Of a DNA stretch of 64,000 nucleotides, positions 53,934 to 64,000 are shown in pieces (position 1 is the first letter of the stretch; each line of letters opens with the position of its first letter). Origin of the DNA: Tubulanus polymorphus (Eukaryota; Animalia; Nemertea). The stretch is taken from positions 682,001 to 746,000 of the forward strand of contig NC_134029.1 of assembly GCF_964204645.1 (NCBI RefSeq), written 5' to 3'. The notes below the pieces were generated by a model, which saw only the letters and a program-made list of their open reading frames with translations, ran no database searches and was not told the origin of the DNA. A program made the translations under genes and the position numbers.

Positions 53934-54748
53934 ATGTTTGAAAGATATCTAAACAGACATCTAAATTCTGTCTTACTCACCCCATCCCTCATTCCTCACT
54001 AACCTCCTTTCCTCTCTCCCTCCCTCACTAGCTTCCTTCCCTCTCTTTCTCCCTCACTAGCTTCCTCCCTTTCTTTCTTCCTCCCCTCTCTTTCTCCCTC
54101 ACTAGCCTCATGCGGTTTCTCCTCTCTCTCTCTCTCTTCTCTCTGCCTCTCGCAGTCGAATTGACTGTCGTTTTATCGTGCGACAGATAGATCACTATCA
54201 ACCGTCTTATTTCTACTAATTAGATTAACGAACTCTGGCAATCTGAATTGATCGTAGAGTGCTTCTAAAAACACTGTATCTCATCCACGACAACTCGCTC
54301 ATCTAACGACACTCTCGGGTGTAATAGGCAAAACCTCCGCTAATGGCATAATGGTATTAGACGTTAAGAAATAGCGAACCTACTCGGAGAAGTAGTACCG
54401 ATATACTGTATACGAGAGATTAGGCGTAAAGAATGAGTGGAATTATCCAAGGAAATCAAGCGATGTATATTAGCACTTGTGCTTAGATTAAAACATGTAC
54501 GACAATTGGTATGATGTGTACATCATCACGATCACCATCCGACTGAATGGACCAAATCCCCTCGTTATCCCGATGAGGAACGGGCGCATTTTATCATCAC
54601 CGTTGATGAAGACAATGATGACACTCCGGAGGAATCCGTCTGCGCATGTCTATAAGTCGTGCGCAGATCGACCGGAATTTCAACTAATCAAAACAATGAA
54701 AAAAAGATTTCACTTTTAATGAATCTAGAAACTGTAAGTTGTATAGAA

Positions 54749-54913
54749 GCGGCCATCTTGCATTTTTATAACTGGGTTTAGTGAATAAGTTCAAGCTCAA
54801 AACGGTTAGGTTTGAAAATCGGTGTCACATTTGCGTTTCTTGACTTCGCTCCCTCGATGCGGTAAAAGTCTCGCGAGATTTGATCAAAATCGTACGTGAT
54901 CCAATATGGCCGC
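54749..54913. mobile_element. Candidate MITE remnant bounded by 12-bp inverted repeats
   Basis: gcggccatcttg (54749-54760) / caatatggccgc (54902-54913), 1 mismatch. Contains TCTCGCGAGA at 54869-54878. Confidence 0.45.
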
Positions 54914-55377
54914 ATCTTGATGTACCGAGTTCGCTCTGATTTCGAAAAGAAAAAAAAACTCTTTCAAATCGAGAATTGATAATAAAAAGTGAAAGAATTT
55001 GGGTGGAGATGATATTCTATTTTCGTCGGTGAAATATCACTATAAATAGACGATGGTTCAGGGCGCGCGCTGTCGTATGAAACACGCCTAAGACATGATT
55101 AGTATTTTCCACGCAATTTCACACACGGCGCGATGCGACTGATTCAGCGTTCAATAACCTCTAAGCAGCAGCAGCAGCAGCAGCAGCAGGCCGCAGATCT
55201 CTTCCACTTCGAGTCTGAAATCACGCTTGATTTATAAACATTTATGATATTCCAGCATTTTCTATGTTTAATAGGAAGAAACCACTCTCCTCGGCGCGTT
55301 TACTTAAATTGAAATCGTGACTAAACATGACACCTTTTTACGCCCGGTAAATGGAAAATGATATTTTCCATTTTCAG

Positions 55378-55447
55378 ATTGCGACCGGGGTTCAATCCAT
55401 TAGTCAAATGAAATACATAAGATAATGCGCAGGGGATATCGTTAAAG
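55378..55447 (+). other. Candidate 70-nt non-coding exon
   Basis: Acceptor ttttccattttcag| and donor AAG|gtgaga. Stops occur in all three frames. Confidence 0.35.
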
Positions 55448-56306
55448 GTGAGATGGAAATTGATATTAGACGCTACTGAAGCGACGAATATCGAGGCATC
55501 GTGAAATTATATTTATTCAAAACTAAACTCGACGCCCGTCGGAGAAATTATCAATCTATTCCGATTTTTACGTATAAGTCTGACGTCATTTTGCACTCGA
55601 AATGATGACGTATTCCGCATCAGATGTCCACATTAAGTAGCCTGATACGCGAGACGCTCATTCGCTATTCTACGTAGATATTTTGTTCGTCTGATTTAGC
55701 ATTAATGTAACCTTCATTCGTACAGGAATAATCCGATATCTTATCATGTAACAGAATCCAACACAACAACCGCTTACTTTATACTCCGTTACAAACACCG
55801 TAGAAAGACTACTTAAACGCTTATTGTCTTCGATAAACGAAGATTGATAAGATATCGATAAACTAAACAAATGAAGACGGTTTTAATGTCCGTCGTATAC
55901 AATATATACAGAGACAGATATTACTATATAGCATTGCTCAATGTGAAATAGTAAACTATACCGGCTTCAGGTAAACAGTGGAGACCTTTTGTTATCAGTG
56001 TGGAACAATGTGAAGCACGGATTATTAGGATAAAAGGGAGGGAATCTCGAGCACCTTCTTAAACCCGAGTATTCAATAGTGAAATCTGATTTACTGCACG
56101 GAAATATACAATAATTATAGAACCAGCGAAAAGACTTTCCGCACGAAATCAAATCTTTATTAATATTTCAGTGATTAGTTAAGAAATGTTGTTATTTCCA
56201 GTCACTTTTATTTCTCACTTCATTTTCAGCTCTATCATTATCACGTTTCGGTAATCGATGCTTCTCTGAGTTGCATTTTCTTTTGGAGGGGGTTTATAGT
56301 TATCAG

Positions 56307-56470
56307 TCACCACACCTGACTGGTCACCACGCCACACCTGACTGGTCACCACCCCACACCTCAAGCTCACCAACCGGTTTTCTCACTACAGCCCTATGGT
56401 CTAGTGGTTAGCATGTTTGATTGCCTTGTTGGAGGCCCGGGTTCGAGTCCTGCTAGGGTTAGGTTTCAGG
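56307..56470 (+). mobile_element. Dispersed element with an internal tRNA-like module (copy 2)
   Basis: Tandem ccacacctgactggtcaccac head, A-box tggtctagtgg (56397), B-box ggttcgagtcc (56440), then tagggttagg. Confidence 0.62.
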
Positions 56471-56774
56471 TACTGATCAGAAGAACCCGTGATAAGGCAG
56501 GATTTCAGATAAATCGTTCGAATGGTCACCGCATTATGTTTTTATTTTTACGCGTAAATACGTCTGGAATGATCAACCGATCCGTCATTTAGTGCGTCCG
56601 CTTAATTTGAGAGGAAGAGCTAAATAACGGCAGTTAATTTCATCATAGTGAAACCAACACTAATGGACTTCCTCGCTTTTAGAGATACATCGTTTCAAGA
56701 CATGATCTTCTTACAATCGGAAATACGCGACCAGTGAAGCGCTCGTTCAGTGCGTCTGTTTACAGGGAGACAGA

Positions 56775-56856
56775 TCTCTCTCCCTCCCTCCCTCCCTCTC
56801 CCTCTCCCTCTCCCTCTCCCTCTCCCTCTCCCTCTCCCTCTCCCTCTCCCTCTCTC
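56775..56856. repeat. (CTCTCC)n hexamer repeat
   Basis: Read directly from the sequence. Confidence 0.95.
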
Positions 56857-58328
56857 GTCGAATCTGTCATATTCTATACATATAACAGATATGTCCGATC
56901 TGATAAAAATATAGTCGGTAAACCAGAGAAGCATCAGCATCACTAAACATATCTCTATATAATATTTGGGGTTTACTTTATAGACCAGCTTGTTGCACTT
57001 TACTTAAATTTTCAGTCCATTCACGGTTACCGTTCAAAGTAGACCTAGTCCCAACAGTTAATGTTCAAATATTTACTTCGAGAATTTTAACCGAGAATAT
57101 TTGAACTGTATCTTCGTTAAAAAGTGGGAAAAATAGAAATTCGGACATAATAAACAAATCTACTGATAAATCTCTAAGAATCGTAAGGTAAGGGCAGTGC
57201 CACTATTAGGTGCAATTCCTATTATTGATGGTTCAGAATTTAGTCGGAATCAAAGACATTTCCAGCAGCACTCCGATAACAAATCAATAACAAGACTCAC
57301 AATCTTTGATCATAGTTACTTATCAACTTATCAGCTTACCATCTCTAATCATCTTACTATCATTGACAGGTCGGGGCCTAATTTCGATCGATCTCGTTTA
57401 ATCTGATTTCCTTTTTGTGATGATGGACATCATCAAGGTCAAACCGTCAACCGATAATTCCGTCTGCTGGTTTATTGATTATTTATTGACCTGGATTGGT
57501 GACAAGATTCTGTAAGGATTCCTAAAGATTATTCGCTGGTTAATTCGCGTTTGATTACTAACGGCAACAACAGAAACCGACCACCTCGATTTCACAATAT
57601 ATTCCACTATATTTGGAGAAATATTTGCATATACGCAAATGAACGAAGCTTCGTCAACTCAGATGGCGCCACCAGCTGATTTGTCGATTGTGCGCGGTTT
57701 TTAATTAGATTTGAGGAAGGCGTCCCTGGAACGCGAACCTGTAAAGGCGTCCCTGGAAGGTCGTTTTTAACAATTTGTGCGGTTTACATGGCCATTGGCA
57801 TGTTCAGCAATATTTGCATTTTTAATTGCAGGCTGCAATCAGGTTTATGCGCACGGGTGACGTTAGTGAATAAAATTTGCTTTATGGTGAATAATTTGAT
57901 TAAATTGTCGCTATGGCGGTCGATGCGGCGCGGGTATTGACGAGATTACAGCACGTTCGTCGTGTCAGTAAGCGCGTTTTAAATTTAGTCGCCGCGTTCA
58001 ACAACATGTCAAACAGACGAGAAACAACTGAAACGACGAAACTGATTAAACATTTCAACAGCGATTCTGATGATGTTTAAATCCGTTGATGCGTGAAATG
58101 AACCCGATATTCCTCGCGTGTGTCAATAACCCATAAAATACGCAACATCGCAGAAACCAGTTGTATTTTAACCACTAATGAAATAGATAACCATATTTCA
58201 ACGAATCGTTATATTTCAAACCCTTAAAATTTAGAAATTAATTTATGATTATTTGTGTTTTCGTCTGGAGAAAATTCAATCCAGGAATTAACGAGAAATC
58301 CATTGATTTTTCTAAGAATATCTCTGTC

Positions 58329-58470
58329 CCGTGATACCCCGTGACACCCCATGATACGCCGTGATACCCCATGATACGCCGTGATGTCCCGTGATACCCC
58401 GTGATACCCCATGATACGCCGTGATGTCCCGTGATACGCCTTGATACCCCATGATACCCCGTGATAACCC
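58329..58470. repeat. 10-bp minisatellite, ~14 diverged copies
   Basis: Unit cc(g/a)tgatac(c/g). Confidence 0.92.
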
Positions 58471-61400
58471 GGTGTGGTCCAGCATAACATTGAAACATTC
58501 CCATCAGCAATTCAAAAATACAAACGCCGCCGCCGTTTACCTTTCAAACAGTTTATTATAATTGTACGCCCGGTGTAAGTAATCTGATGCATTAAATCCG
58601 TCGTAAAATTGAAATTTAGTTAATAGCTAAGTGGCCTTTATTGATTCAATACATCTTCACATTAACTGAGGCAATATTTTTTTACGATGATGATGATGAT
58701 GAGAATGATGATGATAACTGCGACGCCCTTTTCCCTCATTTCATCTCTTTCTCTATGTTTTAGATTTTAAAACATTATTATCGAAATTTGATCCGTTGTA
58801 TTTTCGTCTAGATAGTTATATGTTTATAATCGATCTGAACCAGAAGAAGCCGCGCAGAAAATGTATTTCTACTTTCGTATGTTCGTGTTTAACATTGACG
58901 AGATACTCTGAGTAAGTGTTGTTAAGTTAAGATGATAAAACAACATTATGAAGATGACTATAATGGGAATAGTGAAAAGTCAAATAAACTACAAATTCAA
59001 AAAATGTAAAACCCTCAATAGAATTTAAAAACACGAGAGGAGAATCTAACGTTTTGTCTCGATTCTATGAGCCATTTTCTAAATCATAGCCACTCCCAAA
59101 ATTTCACTCTATTGATATTAAACAGTCGCTTATGGAAACCCGCACTGCGACTTGCTCGGGGTTTTATTTCTGTTCGCGAGAGAGTGAGTTCTTCTTCTAT
59201 GTCTTTCATTTTTTTTCCTTTTCAACACGAGGAACTGAGAGATTAATATCGTCGAAAGGATTTTATCGATAATGATGAATTATATGCACCGCTATAAAGT
59301 GAAAAATCCTCCCGATAAATCGTGATAATAGAAATGCACTATACTCTGATTGGTTAATTAGTAGGTGATAGATTGATTTGCCGTAAGTCCTATGCGTCCT
59401 GTTCAATTGTCCGCTTTTTCGCTTTTTCCGTTGCGTTCTAAACGAAGTCATCTCTCAATGACAAATTCTTCTTCAGGTCGATAATCATCCTCGCTTGCCA
59501 GTGTAACCTCGGAAGCACCTCTCAGAACACGACATTATTAAATGATCAAATTTGATTTTTGTATTGCTTCTTAAATATTCGCATATTTTATTGCGAAATT
59601 TAGAAATCTGTAAATAAATATCATTATCAGAGAAAGTATAATCAAGATCCAAACTTTCAAAGATTAAACGTTGTCCGAAGTTTCAACCATCTTCAGGTGC
59701 GATGGCGCTTAGTTTGACCCAAAGTCAAATCATGTGTTTGTCCATGAACTCCGAGTCCATGGTTTATCGATAAATCGTACATGGTTAAAAAGAGATATGT
59801 CAATACCGATACACGCATCAATATAAGCACTGGTCAATACTCTGGTCAGCAGGCCTCTCCCGCTATCACGAGGGTACTAGATCTGTTTTTGGGATACTAA
59901 ACCTTGAAATGAAACTATGCCGACATGTTTCAAGAGATTTTATATCTTACCATTAGAATATATTTGATAAGATTTGTTCCTGTGTCTTCTTGATAGAAAG
60001 GTCAAAAACAAACTGGGATACCACCAAACTCTGAAGCGGCGGGATAGTGACAATATTGCATTTTGTATCCCGAGAAGAAGATATTCTATAGACATGCATT
60101 AATTAAGCGTTGGTCAGTCGGTCAGCTGCGATCAGACATACTGGTCAGGTGGTCAGCTATTCGTGCGGAATATTATGATGACCACCACATCATTAACTAA
60201 CACGTAGCTCAGGTGTTCTACTAATGTATAACTACTCCCTCGATGTGATCTTATATACGTCGGTGTAATTACTGAACTGTGTTTAAACCTGCTGTTGTGG
60301 AGGCGATTCCATTCCGTCCGTGACATTCCGTGTCTACATCGGCATGCAACTTTTCCAAAAGCAATTTGCGGCGAAGGCTTGGTAAATTTGATTTTGGTTG
60401 ATTGGTGCCGATATTATGTCGAGTTTCGTCTAGGAGATTGATGGACATACGGTTTGTCTTTTCACCCCTGATTATCTGCGTAATGTGACTATTTCACAGA
60501 AATATGTTGATTTATTGACTTCTCTGTAGAGGTTCGCGAATAGAGAAATTTACCAGACTAATTTACTGAGGAGGAGAGAGAGAGAGTGAATTCATTATTC
60601 AACTTGACTCGGACACAAATATCGTCAACTACTCGATTCACTCTGTACAATTCAATATGTGCCTCTCCCGATCTCTGATCGCTGACTATTTGAAATAACG
60701 ATAGAATAAGAAATAGAGGTTTCATGTAATATGATACAATCATATTACATAAAGCAGGATTATAGATAATCATTCAATGTGACTTGTGCCTTCATCGGAA
60801 GAATCTGAATTTAGAATTTCATTTTTTTTCAGTTGCGAATTCAAATATTCATCTAATCGAAGAAAATCGCTCTCTTTTTTCCATGTCTAAATCTGCCGAG
60901 TTTCTGAATTGTCATTGTAAGACCGCTCGCTCCTCACTCAAGCGGTCGATATTTCAAGGTTTCTTTGTCGGTTGTCATTTTAAGATACGCCGCACGCGGT
61001 AAACTATTGTCGTATATAAGACTATGAGAGACATGACAGATGTAGAATATTAAATACACCGTGAAGAAGAGACCTTGCACCTCGTTGAATACACGGAGAC
61101 CATGAAAATCAAACCAATTTTCCCTATTTCACACTATTGAGTGAGAAAATGAGAAAATTACCGTTCAATTTTCATCTAATCTCTGTTTAACTGTCAGAGT
61201 GTGGTCACTTTCACACCGACCTGCCATCACATCTTAACAACAGACTAACTATAGTCTAGTGGCCTGTTTGAGTTGACATGTTTTGGGTCTGATAGTAAAT
61301 AACTGATTATCAAATTAAATGTTGGCAGAGTAATTATAGGTAGCTCGGGTTAGTGCACAGAAATAGAACCAAAGTGTTAAAACTTCCGTGTTGTTTAGCA

Positions 61401-64000
61401 CAAGTAACCTTTGATGTATAATTAAGAACCGTGACAAACTGAAAGTGTGGAATTCAATGAATTTGTTTTGACATTAATATTCTCGGCATCAAAGCGAACT
61501 TTTCAATTTTTAATTCTGTTTGATCCATGGATCCTTTTAAAGCTAAAACAACACCTGAATCTTCGTATTGTCGAGAGTGTTAATCATTAAAGCTTTGAAT
61601 TATTCAAATAAACAGCAAATTCTACCTAAACAATAGTGAGCTCGGTGACTAGACGGGGTGGACCAAAACCTTAGAATGTATATACCCAGAACCACCAAAC
61701 TCGCCCCTTCCAATGATTGAGTTATGTGAGGTTGTGTATTTCGAATGCAACAACGAATGCGGAATATTTTTAAAAGCTGACAAATTCTCACATGGCTTTA
61801 CACCGAATTAATCCGTTCCTTTCAAAACTAGTTAATATTCGTGATCCGTACAGGACCCCTCGGTTTCTGCGCACCGCACGTAGAGCCATGCATCTCCACG
61901 CGTTAAATTAACTTCAATTCAATTAAGCCCATTTCGCCGTTAGACTAGATTAAATTAGTTCACATTTTGACCTCAGATTCTAATCAGGATTTCACGTAGA
62001 GACCACATAACGACCTACAGACTTATTTCCATAATAATTTCTGCAGTCGTTCAGATTAGAATCTCACGTCAAGCGCGCTATACAAGTTGACAGATTTGTC
62101 GACATGTGAAAATTAACCGCCATCCATTTTAGTATTGATCACGTCACTTGTTTTCTTGACTCGTTTATAGAAAAGCAGTAATAACAGTTCAAGTAGGGCA
62201 GTAATTTTCACAGTAGGAAGTTCCTCATTTGAAGGTGTGACGGTTCACTTTCCTACAGTTTAATTACTAGTTACCGTTGGTCATACAGTTCTTCTCATTG
62301 CTAAATCCGTAATAAGCTTTTATTTAAAATATTAAGCCGTCGTCTAGGGGTACAGACAACGATTACATAATTCTGAATACATATTTAGATTTCTAATACA
62401 AGATTAATGCGTTCAAGTGTTTGTTTCGGATAGACTTAATTCTAATAAGTTCAAGTGTTTGTTTCGAGTATTCATTCTAATAAATATTTATTTTGTATCT
62501 ATTCGTAATAACGAATAAAAGAATGATGATTTTTTTTTCAAATATTTTCATTGATTCTACATTTGTGGTCATATTTCTCTTGCAATACATTTCTATTCAT
62601 TACTCGAAGGCAATTATTTAGGAATCATATTCACTTTATTGGCGAAGCCTCCGAGCAGAATGATAAAAATCTATTCATCTGATAAATACGTATTTGAAAA
62701 TAATAAATTGAAACGATTAACGATTTGAAATGATAACATCGAAATTCATTGCATCTTCAATATTGAGTTTTCTATATATGTATGAATATAATGAGTGTAG
62801 GGCGTCAAACCGGCAAGGTGTCTCTACCATAACACAAGTATCTATTCGATCACGCAGACGCTGCTGCCAGTTTTCTACCCCCTCCGTCGCTTTTTAGATG
62901 AAGATCTTTGTTGGTGATCCGTAAATGTCACTCACGACGTGCACAAGTCTCGGCCATTAGAAGATTACATACGTGTTCTCTCGATAAAGAGAAAGGTGTC
63001 GTGAACCGTGTATTAAATGATACTAAAACCTCCTATAGAATCGAGGTGTCACAACCAGGCATTTATGACTTCCTCTTTAGGATTATCTATGACTATTTTA
63101 CGACTCGCGCTCCTATTATCAGCTGTTATTGACATGTGCGTTGTGTTTAAATTACGACTTTAACAGAAAATTGTTTTAATTGTTCGGGGGCAAAATCTTT
63201 TATACAATCGCAATTTGAGTGATTGATGGAACGCTACGAGTCCGTATTGCAAAGACTGAAATCCAGCACAAAAAGAAAATCCAAAATGTTTCCTCGAGCT
63301 AGTGACTTAGTGTAGTTTATTCGAGGTTTCGACTGTATCGTAAATAGTCATATCAAGGAATTACTATTAGGATATAAGAAATATTTCGGACTTTCAGCGG
63401 TCTTAATGTGGGATTTTCATATTACCACCAATTTTCAGATAGCCTTGTCTCAATGTCACCTCTCCTTCAGATCAGTTTGTGTCTGGTCACTTCAATCGAT
63501 ATTCTCTGATCGTTTTTTCATCTGTCCTATCATCTCTATCTAACGACCAATGTCACGTGACCGCACGCGTCTGCCCGTATCACAACGTCACGTGATATCG
63601 CACACGTGATCTGCAACAGACAGATATTCGATGTAAATCTGTCATGAGGAAAATGATAGCAGTTTGTGTCCGATGTGGGGTCTAATTACTCGAAGGAACG
63701 AAAACCGGTCAGACACAAATGATTGTATTCAACCAAGCGGACAAGTTTCCGTCGGGTTTTTCGTAAATACATGCTACACAAATATCAGAACTGTTTGGTT
63801 GTTTTCTCGTTTGGCAGCAATAATACAATTAAGTAATTGATTCATTAATTAAACATTCGTCGTGTAAAGGATTAATTAATTATGTATATGGGTTGTATGT
63901 GTAACTGTGAATATCACACCGATGTTTCTATGTAATACGTTTCATTCATAAGAATCTCGAAGATTCGTGTTAATTTCAATCGTAAGATTCTCTCTCCGAA

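Noticed and set aside
56391-56460. Functional tRNA gene (also 12167-12240)
   Set aside because: A and B boxes are present, but the anticodon arm pairs poorly and a full cloverleaf cannot be built; treated as a repeat-borne tRNA-like module.

Overview
Eukaryotic genomic DNA: AT-rich, with GT-AG introns and many micro- and minisatellites. CpG is not obviously depleted, which suggests an invertebrate animal (inference). The window is almost entirely non-coding, and nearly all ORF-track entries are chance or repeat-derived. There is no prokaryotic gene content and no CRISPR array. Two genes are well supported. (1) A spliced minus-strand gene at 1016->68, running off the left edge, encodes a signal peptide followed by at least two tandem Ly6/uPAR (LU, three-finger) domains. 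The ORF track breaks it into fragments and shows exon 4 in the wrong frame. (2) An intact tRNA-Ser(TGA) lies at 45868-45949 on the minus strand. The remaining ~62 kb looks like a gene desert or a large intron/5' regulatory region. It contains MITE families, tRNA-like dispersed elements, a Penelope-like end with a hammerhead-ribozyme-like core, a degraded LINE tail, many tandem repeats (one carrying hairpins, one carrying octamer motifs), motif-dense candidate enhancers and a few candidate small spliced exons. All coordinates were counted by eye, and repeat boundaries are approximate.
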